DNA from: Eledone cirrhosa
Lineage: Eukaryota
NCBI GenBank assembly: GCA_964016885.1
Contig: OZ024746.1
Span: 41,478,001 to 41,542,000 of the forward strand
DNA: 64,000 nt
Direction: 5' to 3'
The notes beneath the pieces were generated by a model that saw only the letters and a list, made by a program, of their open reading frames with translations, ran no database searches and was not told the origin of the DNA. The stretch's first letter is position 1. The number at the start of each line of letters is the position of its first letter. A program made the translations under genes and the position numbers. Shown here in pieces: positions 52,248-64,000 of the stretch.

Positions 52248-55200
52248 ATGTGTGTGTACGTATGTGTGTACACTTATATATCATAATCCTCATCATTGTT
52301 GTGATGAGGATTATGATATGAGGTTATGGGTTAGCTGGATCAGGTGACCCCATCTTGCCCATAGAAATCTGTTTTGGCTTGGTTGCTGGATGCCCTTCCT
52401 AATGCCAATCACATTACAGTGTGTACTCCAAGCTTTTCTAGCAGCACCACCTCTATCACTTTACAGGGTGAACTAGATGCATTTTGTCATGACACTAGGA
52501 CAACCACCTAGCAGTGTGAACTGGGTGCTTTGATGCCATGGTACCAACATGGCTACCTTACATCTACTATTTCTTTGTCTATCATTCGATCTTCATTAGA
52601 AGATAAAATGAGAGATAGAAGACGAAGTAGAAAGATAGACAAGAGTAAAAAGAGAAAATAAGGCAAAATTTTATTTTTAGCAGCAAAGCACATGTGTTTG
52701 GTCCATCATACATATATGTATATACGCATGCACACACACATATATCAATATGTGGTTGATGGCTGAGAGAATAGAGTACTCAATACTGAAGTAGAGTTTA
52801 AATATTCATTTTATTAAGAGTAACAAGATTCACTATTTAGCCTTAATAAAATGAATACACATTTTATCTATATAATGCCCATTGATATCTATATTTAACT
52901 TTTATTACTAAGCTTTCAGATACCTTTTAGCCACTATATGTTGTTACTTCAGTTTGTAGTGGTGAGTATAACATTTCTATAGAAGTCAAGAAATATAGAA
53001 GTACAAATTTTACAATGTATTGCATCATTTGGAAGTGGTACTGGTTTCTCAAATTGGCACAAGTTTGCATATGTATAGGGAAAGATGTTGCTAATTGAAT
53101 CAATTTCCAATATATTACTAGTAATTATGTCATAGATTTATTTTCCTTTTTTTATTGCTTATTCAGAGATGGAAAGGTAGTGTACATGTCCCTTTCCAGT
53201 GCCTCCGAAACTGAATTTATGTTTATCTTGCAAGTAGGAAAGTAATGTTTGCTTATTAGTGATAGTTTGAATACTGTTAAACAGTCTGAATGCATCAGAC
53301 CAGACATAAAAGTCAATGAAGTAGATTGTACATAGTCACATATTTTTCAAGAAATAGCAACCAAATCTCACTTAAATTATACCCTATTATAATGAAAAGG
53401 GATGGAAATACTCTATAAAATACACTCAGATATGCAATGTACAACGGAAAGATTTGCTGGTTATGGTTAGACTGTGTTTGGTCATAGACTTTCTCAAAAC
53501 TGACCAGGAGCTACAAAACCTCACAACAGCCCAGTAACTAAAATATTCAGCATACTAACATATATATCCTTTGATATTGGTAAAAATACCAGAATATAAG
53601 GAAAAATAATTAGATAGAATGAGGCTACAGGTAGCTAGGATCCTTTGCCAAGAACATGGAGTATATTACCCAATACTCATCTCAAAGTAAGACTATATGT
53701 TACAAATATATAAATATAGAATAAGTATACCTTATCTTGCATTTTATAAGAGGCGACTAAAAAAGTTGGCTCCAGGAAGGACATTTGGTTTTAAAACACT
53801 GCCTTCAAATCTATTCAACTCATGTAAGCAGAGAAAAAGGGATGTAAAAAATGTTGATGACTACAACATACTAAAATGTTTTATTTTCCTGCTGTGTTTT
53901 ATACAAAATGAATAAGTAATATTGATTTGTAACTTAGATGTAAGGCCTCAAAGTTTGTGGTGGGGATGGTGGTGGTGAGAAGAGTTGTTGTCAATTAAGA
54001 TTGATTGACACCTGTTTATCATTAGTAGTTATTGTATCAACCTCAATAGGATGGAAGGAAAGATGGCTTGAGTGGAATTTGAAATCAGAATGTAAAGAAA
54101 TGTAACTTACTGCAAGGCATTTTATCTGGTGCTCCATTGTTGTTGACCCACCATTGTTTCCAACGATGAGTGCTCCAGTTAATTCAATGACTGAAAATGC
54201 CTGCTCTTGAAATTAACGTATAAGTGGCTGAGCATTCCACAGACATGTGCACTCTTAACATAGTTCTCAAGGTCCCTTGAATTTATAGGTACAACTCCTT
54301 TTTTCCAGCTGAGTGGATTGAAGCAACATGAAATAAAGTGTCTTTTTCAAAGATATAACATGCTGCTTGGTCCAGGAATCGAACTCATGACATTATAATT
54401 GTGAGCCAAGCATCTTGACAACTATATCATGTATTGGTGTTCTACCAATACTGCCAATAAAAATATAATTCTTTCATCTTTCATAGTTCTGAAATAATAT
54501 ACTATTACAAAATGACAGAGTAATTACGTAGTAATTTCTTGACATAAGTTAGAAACAGAAGAGTACACCTTGCATATTTATTTTACCCTCATATCAGAAG
54601 ATTTTAGTTACAATTAGCTATACACTTTTAGGGGTGATTTTCTTATAGATCTTATGCTGACCATTAATATAAAATGAGATATAAGAGAAATATATTTTAG
54701 TCCAGGAAATTACAGTTTATAGTGATTTATTATCTAGGAATGACACTCTAAATGTATATATCCAAGGAATGGGAAATTAAATGAATTATGATTTCTACAG
54801 GCATTCATAATATAAGTAAGTTACTCTTTTTGATCCCTAATTAAAAAACTAAGGATTAAACATCAAAAGTGGGTAACAATAATTTTCTTTTTTAATGTAC
54901 AGCTTTGAATATTAGTTTATTATATGCTTCATTTCCAAAATCAGAAAAACAGCAGCCTAGCTAAGGAAGTAGCCTCATGAGGCAGAGTATCTGTTGCAGT
55001 AGGTGTCACTGGCCATTCTATATGGTAATGTCTTCGCCAATTTGTCCACAGGATGCAGCTGAGAGATACCATTCTGACTGGGGGGTGTAGAGTCTGTCGC
55101 TTTTCCCCTCCTTTTGTTGTTTAATTTCTTCTAATACACTATATCTGAAGATGAAGTGACAAGGCTGGTACTTCAAAATTACTGATGCTTTTTTACTTAA

Positions 55201-57610
55201 AAAATAAATTTCAACATTCTATTCATCAAAAAACAAAGAAAAAGAAATGTAGTGCTCAATTCTGTTGCTGACTGTAGCCATCTTCACCACCGTTTTACGT
55301 TCGTTCTTCCACGCTAGCATGGGTTAGATGGGTTGTCCTGTTGTGGGCAGTGTCCGGTCAGCTGACCTTGTCTTGCTCATACTAGAACTGATTTTGGCTT
55401 GCTTTCTACAGCTCTTCCTAACACCAACCTCATTTACAGTGAGTGCTGGGTGTTTTTTTTTTCTCGTGGCACCTACATGTCCACTTTACAGTGTGGGCTG
55501 GGTGCTTTTTTGCTGTGGCACCTCCCTATATGCTTCAGCTTCAGCTTGTACCCGTGGGAAGTCAGGTCTTCTGTATTACTCTATGACACCAGAGGTCACG
55601 GTCCTGTAGTGCAGATATAAATATATAGAGGCTGCCTAGCCTTGTAATCTTGGGAATACAATTTATCTATATGATAGAAATATGTTATATTTAACTTAAT
55701 TTCTGGTTTATAGTATTGTTTTTTTTTTTTAATTTAGACACAATGCCAGCAAATTTGGTAAGAGGGTAAAGTTGATTAAATCAAGTCCAGTACTTTACTG
55801 GTGAAATGCCTTATTTAGTAGGTCAGGATTGGATCAAATTTAATTAGTTCTAACATACTAGACTGTTATCCAGGTAATATAGTCCGTGTATTAAAGGGAC
55901 ACCAGAATTAATATAATGTATCAAATGTCAGGAATTATTATTCACCACAGGGAACATCAAGGCAAGAAACTATCTGTTCAAATGTCCATAGATCACCATT
56001 TATAAATGTGGCCACTTCCTGTCATGCCCTGTTACAATGTAGTGCAAGGAAGATAAATCCCTACCTCTGAAAGAACAATAGAAACGTAAGTTAGAATATC
56101 ATATCTAGTACTTTATTTTATCAACCCAAAAGGATGAAAGGCAAATTTGAATTTGGTAGAATTTGACTCAGAATGTAAAGAGCTAGAACAAATACTACAA
56201 TGGCATTTCATTCAATGCTCTACTAATTGTATCAGTCCACTACCTTTCTTCTGGTTTGTAATTTTGAAATATTCCAAAATCAAAACAATTTTGTTTATCC
56301 TGGGAAGATAATTGGGAAAGACGAACTATATTCTTTTTAATCTTTCAATTGCTTAAAAAACAATAATTTCTTTCATGAATTTTACAGACACAAAATGTTC
56401 CCAGTGAAGTTAGAATTATCAAATGTAGCTATTGAAACACGATTTCAAAATTGATATGCCTCCATAACAATTTGCTTAGGTTGCAAGTTTTGTCAAGACT
56501 CACATTTATGTTCTTACATTTCTTCACTTTCTTACTCTGATGCCCTAACTCCCTTACTCTCCTTCCTTATTCTTATTGATTCACTCCCATAATTCATCAT
56601 ATATTCTCATCTTATCTGTCCATCTCTCTATCTATACTTGCCTATTTATCAACATACATACATACATGATGGCTGCAACTCGATTTCGAGTACTGCCATC
56701 GCTTGATACTTAAACATGAATATCACAGATGTGGCTCGTTAGTCCTGTTAGGGACTAGCCTATGGCCAGCAATACCATGCAGAAAATGTCACATATCAAG
56801 CGATGCCTGTACTTTTTTAAGTGAGAAAAGGCTTTGCATGGGGCCAATCCCACTCTCTGAACATCAAATGCATTTACCCAAAAAGTAGAACTGGTCTACA
56901 TCATTGGATGCAAACAAAGTCACAGGTTTTATATCAGAGTGACCTTCTCCAGGAGAAATGTCTTAATGAAGTGTAGAGTCTAATATATTTACATGGGCTA
57001 CCTGGATTATATAAGAGAAGCCCTTACATAGTCACTAAAGATGCTTGAAATACCATATTAAAAAAGGATATATTTGATAATGTAATCCAAGATATATTGT
57101 GCCTGAAAAGATGTAAGTGTTAGGGTTGGAACTTATTTGACAATATCAGGGCTGACTTGGGACTAAATGCCAACCACTTCTGGATGGCATGTGATGTCAT
57201 AATTCAGTCACATTGCTCATGGTGTCAAATGCTATTATTTGGCATGCAAGATAGAAGATTGACAGAATCTTTAGAGTATTGAGCAAAATGTTTCATCAAA
57301 TTTGGTTACTGCCCTTTAAGTTCTCAGTTCAAATCTCACCCAAGTTGACTTTGCCTTTCATTTTCTGAGGTTGATAAAATAAAGTACCAGTCATATTCTA
57401 AGATAATAGACTTTCACCTCTCCACAAATTATTGGTCTTGTACCAAAATTAGAAACTGGGTATTATTTTGCATTCAATTGAGAAGGGTTTCTTTAATGTG
57501 TCTAAAAAGAAATTTGGACTTATGTTATTAAATTAAATTTGCTTCAACTTTTTTCTTTTTAATTTGGTGTCAAATGATGTCAGTTTTTTTCTGGGTGAGT
57601 GAGGTTAAAA

Positions 57611-57812
57611 TATGAAGGTCAGCTAAAACATTCATAGGCTGACTATGAAGGATTGATGCTAGAGCTATTAAATCTTACATGCATTAATTTCAACTCTTCT
57701 TATTAATAATTGCATTATTTCTTTCCAGGGGCTATGTTGAAAAATAAACTTCATTTGGTCATTCTATGAGAGCATCATGGACAGCCTATGAACTTTTTAG
57801 CCAACCCCAGTA
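57611..57812. mobile_element. Mariner-type MITE (second copy)
   Basis: Colinear with 44406-44597, with TA ends. Confidence 0.85.
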
Positions 57813-58974
57813 TTTGGATTCCATTTCTAAATATTGGTGTTTCATGCAGAATTGTCTAGTTTTGATAATACAGTGTTGTTTATCAAAACAGCAGTGCCAG
57901 CTGTAGGATTAGTACAGGCAATATTTAAATGGCTGCTCTGTTATTCTTATATAGCAAATATGAACACATTTTTAGAGGATTTTATAGATTTTATATATGA
58001 CCTTAGCTTATATGGAAAACATTATTGGTTCTACTTCTGAATTTTATAGTCCTGATTGAATTATGAAGGTCATTTTTGAAGGTATCCCAATTTTTTTGTT
58101 CTTGTGGATATTTCCTAGATTTAAATCTAAAGTCATGTTTATCTTATGAGTTCTTCCTATCACCTTTGATTCTTTCTACCACACACTTAATCACATTTAG
58201 CATTTTCTTAATGCAAGTTTCCAAGTAGAGTTTCCAAGGTAAAATTGAAATAGTTTTCATCAAAGAGTTAGTTCAGTTCTGTTGTATTCATTGCTGTATT
58301 CTATATTTATGTGAACTATTATGTTCATTCAGAGAATGGAGAACAAGGATTATGATAAAATATTGTTGCTACTTGTTTTATTGTACAAACAGTTAAGTGC
58401 TAAATACATTCTTACACTAGAAGTATGTAGTGTTTCAGCTGTGTATATATGTTCTAACCAGGATTAGAAACTTGTACCTCAATAATTCATGCAACCAACC
58501 TTCTTGGTACCCAGGATGTGCTAAAAGAATAATGGTAGTGAGTGATAGTTGAACAAACTGACCAACAGCTAAAAATCCCAACAAGAAATTGCCAGAATAT
58601 GGAAAAAGAATCTATTATGTTGACATCAACACACAAAACATGTTACCCACCTATAGAGTACATACAAAGCATTCCATTCAAAGGTTACCTGAACCACTAC
58701 AACTCATTTTGTTTCTGTTCCTGTCACTTACAAAACAACATCATTGTATTGAGAAAATGTGGCGAGAGAGGGTGGGGTGGAGGGAGAGTGGTATATGTGT
58801 ACGAAGGGGTGGAATTTATACATTACATGGAGTATTCTGATAGAGTCCCAACCATAACAACAAACATTTTAAGACCATTTAAGACCATTTAAGACCATTT
58901 AAGACCCTGCTAAAGTAAGGGTTAGCCATGTGGGTCCCATAAAAAGCTTGTCCACTATCCCCCCTCATCAACCC

Positions 58975-59125
58975 TCTGGCTTCTACTTCCTCTTCCACAA
59001 TCTTTAGTCATGTTTTTCTTGGTCTTTCCATCCTTCTATATCCCCCCCACATTCATTTCCATCACTCTTCTCACACAGTCACTTTCATTCTTCCTCAACA
59101 CATGACCCAACCATCAAATAGTAGT
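58975..59125 (-). mobile_element. Decayed RTE 3' fragment
   Basis: Minus translation WLGHVLRKNESDCVRRVMEMNVGG..ERPRKT. Confidence 0.7.
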
Positions 59126-59486
59126 GGCCTTAATACTGTCACTTGATGCACTCCAGCCTTTGCTTCAGACTCATCACTCTTCTTGTCTATTGTCTTTATG
59201 ACTATACCTACTCTCTCATACATTATCATTACTATTCTAATGAACCATTCTTAACTCTCTCAAAGCCTATGTCACTACTTCCTATGGAATCCCTTTGAAA
59301 GCTTTCTCCAGATTAACAAGCTCATAAAGCAAATTCTTCTTCTTGTCTCTATTCTTCTCTAGTAACTATGAATATATGGTTTTGAATAGGCACACAGTAT
59401 CTCTACATGTCATAATAGATGACAAAAAGAGTTAGCACCAGGAAGGGTGACTGGCCACAAGCTATTACCTCAAAAATTGCTGAATG

Positions 59487-59487
<1 letters not shown>

Positions 59488-59529
<42 letters not shown>

Positions 59530-60720
59530 TTTTCTTTATTAACCACAAGGGTTTACATAAAGTAGACATTAAGGACAGTACAGGACAATACAGGACGGTA
59601 CAAATGGGCATTTCTGCGTGTAAAAAAAACAGAGGATGTAATAAAATAACAAAGAAAAATTCCCCAATAGGGGGGAGACTTCCGAGGGACATTTGTGGAG
59701 AAAGCCCATTAAAAGACCACAGTGACCCTGACCACCAGGGCAAGTGCCCTCTCTCAGTTTTCCACCTTTAATTTACAGACTCATACTCAGAGAAGGCCCA
59801 TTCATTCGGGCCATACTTGCTTCTCTCACCCATCTTTCAACAAAATGCTGGGAAGAGAGCACTTCCCTCTCTACCCTGATTTTCCTTTTCAAATAAAATT
59901 TGAAAAAGTTAATCAGGGCATCACCGAAGAGGTAAGTGCTCGTCTTCAGCCCTTTCAAACGTGTCCACCATACTATCTCTTTCGCCATGGCCACCAGACA
60001 GATAAAAACTGCCTGCCTTCCCTAAAGGAAGAGGGCAGATGTTTGACATAAACCCACAAGTCAGCAATGCTCGGACACTGGACGAGTGCGTGCAGGACGG
60101 TTTTGTCACCCTGCACGCATCTCGGACATGCCTGGCTGACGGCACCTCTATGCCTGTAGAGTTTATCCCGAACTGGCGAAGCTCCTCTGTAACACTGCCA
60201 GGCCAGGGATTTCTGGAAGTTGTCCATAGGCCCCAGCCCGAAAGTTCTTCCGAAGAGATTGGCTAGTTGATTTTCGTCGACGCCTAGAGTTTCCCCAAGT
60301 AAGTCATTGCTCTTCCCCTCCACTAATCCTCTATAGAACGCCAAGGTGGAGTTTCCACCGATCACATTGCCCGATTGGTCGAGGGCTGTCAGCGCCTGAA
60401 GACATTCCAGTCTCCAAGTGCTCCCTCTTGGTCTTCGCTTGACCCAGGACTGCAGCTCCATCAAGGAGATGAGCTGGGGAAAGACGCGTCTAGCAAACGG
60501 TGACCACACCTGAAAACCGTTGAGGAAGAGGTGGAGATGTCGTAGCCTGAGCGCATGTCTGCGCATCATCAGCCATGGCACGCCCAGCCCACCATGTAGT
60601 GGGTGTTGACAGCAGATGGACCGCCTAACCATTGGAGCGCGTCCCTTTCACAAAAAGCGAAAGAGCAAATGTTCCAGCGCAGTCAGGCGAGGCTTAGGAC
60701 AAGGCACGACGGTCAGGCAG
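59488..60720 (-). mobile_element. 5'-truncated L1/Tx1-clade LINE (ORF2 C-terminus with zf-RVT-like motif), (ATT)n tail
   Basis: ORF 59973-60632 contains GGLGVP and CPRC..KTVLHALVQCP..LW. It continues in a shifted frame to a stop at 59773. The 3'UTR has AATAAA followed by (ATT)n. Confidence 0.9.
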
Positions 60721-60737
60721 TAGTAATAATAATATTA

Positions 60738-60914
60738 ATTGTTTCTACTTTTGGCACAAGGCCAGCAATTATTCCAGTGCATTACTGGTACTTTATTTTA
60801 TCGACCCCGTAAGGATGAAAGGCAAAGTTAACCTTGACGGGATTTGAACTCAGACCGTAAAGGGACGTAACTCTGCTAGAAAGCATGGCGTCCGATCCTC
60901 TACCAATACTGCCA
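60738..60914 (-). mobile_element. Young group 2 SINE
   Basis: Matches 24113-24297, slightly 5'-truncated. Confidence 0.9.
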
Positions 60915-60965
60915 GGCCACAAGCTATTACCCCCAAAACTGCTTAATGAATAATAATAATAATAA

Positions 60966-61147
60966 TGGTTTCTTATATAGGCACAAGGCCAGCAATTTTG
61001 GGGGAGGGAAAAGTCGATTAAATCGACCCCAGTGCATGACTGGTACTTTATTTTATCGTCCCCGTAGGGATGAAAGGCAAAGTTAACCTCGGCGGGATTT
61101 GAACTCAGGATGGCAAGGGTCGTAACTCTATGCGTGAAAGCATGGCC
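60966..61147 (-). mobile_element. Group 2 SINE, 5'-truncated, in (AAT)n
   Basis: Matches 45265-45484 and is flanked by (AAT)n. Confidence 0.9.
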
Positions 61148-61650
61148 AATAATAATAATAATAATAATAATTCTGATAGAAAACTAATGTTCAGAAATTG
61201 GTCATGCTACTATGACCTCTGACTTACTGAGCAAATCCAAATCAAATGGTTCCTTATTCAACATCTAAATGAGCCAATGAGGGTGCCTCATAGTGGTTGT
61301 TCAACCTGCTAGAAATAGCAACCAAATCCATCTTTAAGATCACCTCTTACCGTCTCAAATAAAGATGACCACATTGAATAAGGTAGCCCATGATAAAACA
61401 CACACACATATATATGCACACACAAACATACAGATATACACACACATACAGACCGAAAAATATATGTATGTGGGTGTATTTAAATATATATAAACAAGTA
61501 TGTATGTATGTGTGTGTGTAATTCTTATTAGCAGGGAAACATACAGTAAATGATGATGATAAGAATGTGTGTGCGTGCGTGTGCGCATGAAGTAGTACTA
61601 GAAAATTCCCCAAGCAAGCCTTAGAAAAATACAGTAAATAATATATTTCA

Positions 61651-61995
61651 CATCATCATCATCATCATTTCATTTTACGTCCGCTTTTCCCTGCTTGCAA
61701 GGGTGGGACGGGAACTGATTCTGGCTTGATTTCTACAGCTGGATGCCCTTCCTAACACCAACCTCATTTACAGTGAGTGCTGGGTGCTTTTTTGCTGTGG
61801 CACCTCCACGTTCACTTTGCAGTGGAATCATATGGACCCCAGTCCCTATCATCTCATTTCTACAGCTGAGTAAACTGGAGCAATGTGAAATAAAGTGTCT
61901 TGCTCAAGGAAACAACACATCACCCGGTCTGAGAATTGAACTCACAACCTTTCGATTGCAAGGCCAATGCTCTAACCACTAAGCCATGTGCCTCC
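61651..61995 (-). mobile_element. Young composite group 1 SINE
   Basis: Near-identical to 561-900. Confidence 0.93.
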
Positions 61996-62230
61996 ATATT
62001 AGTTATATTTCAAAACAGTCTTTTATGGGAATGTGTTCAGTGATCTCAGTGCATCTCTTATATATACCAACATCACTACAGATGTCTTCTTCCTAAATAC
62101 ACACACACATATATATAAGCACACACTCTGTCTTTTGAGGCATTTTTGTCCATTGCTGTCATTGACAATGTTTGGCTGTTTTAACAGCTGTTCTAGCAAT
62201 GAGTTTTCTCATTTTTCTATGAATTCAAAT

Positions 62231-62262
<32 letters not shown>

Positions 62263-63203
62263 GTGAAGGAGTCAGGATCCCGACGGCTGAACTCCTGCCA
62301 TTTCAACTGCTACTTCCGAACGGAGCTCAGCCATCAAGGTCCCAGCTCCTTCTTATTACCACACTCTACTAACCCAAGTATCAAGTACTCAGGTGAGTAA
62401 TAGTCTAACAGATTTTTATTGCATCCATTCTGATATATATATATATACAGAGAGAGAGAGAGAAAGAGAGAGAGAAAGTAGTTTTAATAGTACATGTTGA
62501 GTATAAAGCATACCACTAACCATGGTGATAAGTTGACACAATCTCCACAGTAATAGACATGTTTGTGTAAGTTGTTGACTGCAATGAGTGTACTCTTGTT
62601 TCACTTGATTGGGAGATGTTCAAGTAATGAAATGAATAAGGTTTCTCCTTTGTATATATATACCTGTCTTTGTGTTTGCCAGTCACAGTAAGGATAAGAA
62701 AAGAGAAATAAAAGGTGATGTATATATAGAAGTGTGAGGTATTGTTCAGTAAACAATGGAGATTATATCACTGACTATTCTTTATGGAAATGCTTCTGCC
62801 ATTATCTCTGCAGGGCATAGTTGAGATATGATGTTCAAATGAGGGTGTAGAGTTTGCTACTTTCATTTATTTGTTTGTTTTTGTTTAGTTTTTTTTTTAT
62901 ATGTATATTTATCAAATATACATATAAAATGCTTGGATTTTGAGTTATGGCTTTTGATGTTTAATTAATTTGTTTTAAATCATTTGAACAATTTAAAAAA
63001 AATAAACTACAATGTAAGTCAACTTTCTTACCAAGGAATGTAATTGGTTTTGTAATGAATTTTGAAGGAGGCTGTTTTCTTTTAAATGGATTATAAACAA
63101 TTAGATATATATTATGATATATATATTATATCTCCTCATTGGTTCAATCTGATAATTGGTTCCTTTCCTTTACTACACACACACATGTATGTGTGTGTGA
63201 TGA

Positions 63204-63247
<44 letters not shown>

Positions 63248-63349
63248 TCATTTTATACAGGCTAAGTAGTGAGACTATTTAAACTCTAGTTGAGCATTAA
63301 GTACTCCTTTCTCTTGGCCATCAACTACATATTGATATATATATATATA

Positions 63350-63625
63350 GTGATAGAACACTGGTGGGTTATATCTGCAGGAGTAGAGCACTCAGTCCAT
63401 GGCACGAGTTTGGTAGAGGTTGTTCCACAACAGTTAATACAAATTGTTCTTGGAAATGATGTATTAACTGTTGTGGAACTACCTCTCTCTTTCGGATCTA
63501 GCTGTTGAAACAGCCAGAGCTCAGCCGTCGGGGTCCTGACTCTATTCCTATTACCCATTCTACTACCCCTAAGTATTGAGTACTCTGGTGCATTATGGCC
63601 CACCTGGTTCCTTACCACACTTTCT
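63350..63625. mobile_element. Two abutting pseudo-LTR-like remnants
   Basis: Inverted repeat agaggt-gttccacaacagttaataca and tgtattaactgttgtggaac-acctct (about 63415-63487), followed by a family E copy on the plus strand. Confidence 0.6.
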
Positions 63626-64000
63626 TTGTTATATATATCATCATCATCATCTTTTAACGTCCATCTCCCATGCTAGCATGGGTTTGGACATATATATATA
63701 TATATTATTTGTCGGGCATCCACTGATGATTTATAAGTGCCCACCTACATATATTCCTACGGACTATGTGTAGGCTTCTACATAACCTGGACATTATTTT
63801 CCCAATTTGTAGAAAACTTATAATGAAACGATCGTTTGGAAAGAGAGATGTATTTTAATTATGTCTCATATAAAATAATACAACTGGCTATCTGCAAAAT
63901 ATGTATAGTTAGCACCCCAAACGTATAACTGGGATTATACTAAGGTATATCCTAATGTTTGTTGAGTGAGATGGAAGCCGGTCGGAGTATTGCTTAAAGC

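Noticed and set aside
55145-55180. CTGAAGA-t-gaagt..acttc-AAAA
   Set aside because: G12 is lost and helices I and III are unclear. It may be a relic or chance.
58864-58905. (catttaagac)x4 tandem, and a 21-bp doublet at 48487-48527
   Set aside because: These are ordinary slippage duplications.

Overview
This is eukaryotic, very AT-rich and microsatellite-dense DNA with no long genuine ORF. The SINE and RTE repertoire and the microsatellite load resemble octopus/coleoid cephalopod genomes (recognised from memory, not searched). The window is mostly intronic or intergenic and packed with transposon debris: two tRNA-derived SINE groups, RTE, I-group and L1/Tx1 LINE fragments, a deleted Tc1/mariner, and mariner, piggyBac and hAT MITEs. 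Almost all ORFs in the supplied track are microsatellite artefacts. The most notable signal is RNA structure. Three complete type I hammerhead ribozyme folds occur at 4584-4661 (-), 40846-40923 (+) and 51961-52026 (+, with a perfect inverted copy), plus many decayed copies from at least five sequence-unrelated families. Their layout matches Penelope-like element (PLE) pseudo-LTR or retrozyme-like remnants: partial inverted duplications, (TA)n targets and often a palindromic helix III. Several families share a second bulged hairpin with compensatory changes downstream of the ribozyme. A diverged inverted repeat spanning at least 4.2 kb lies next to one ribozyme at the window start. A low-confidence chain of small minus-strand exons may belong to a host gene.
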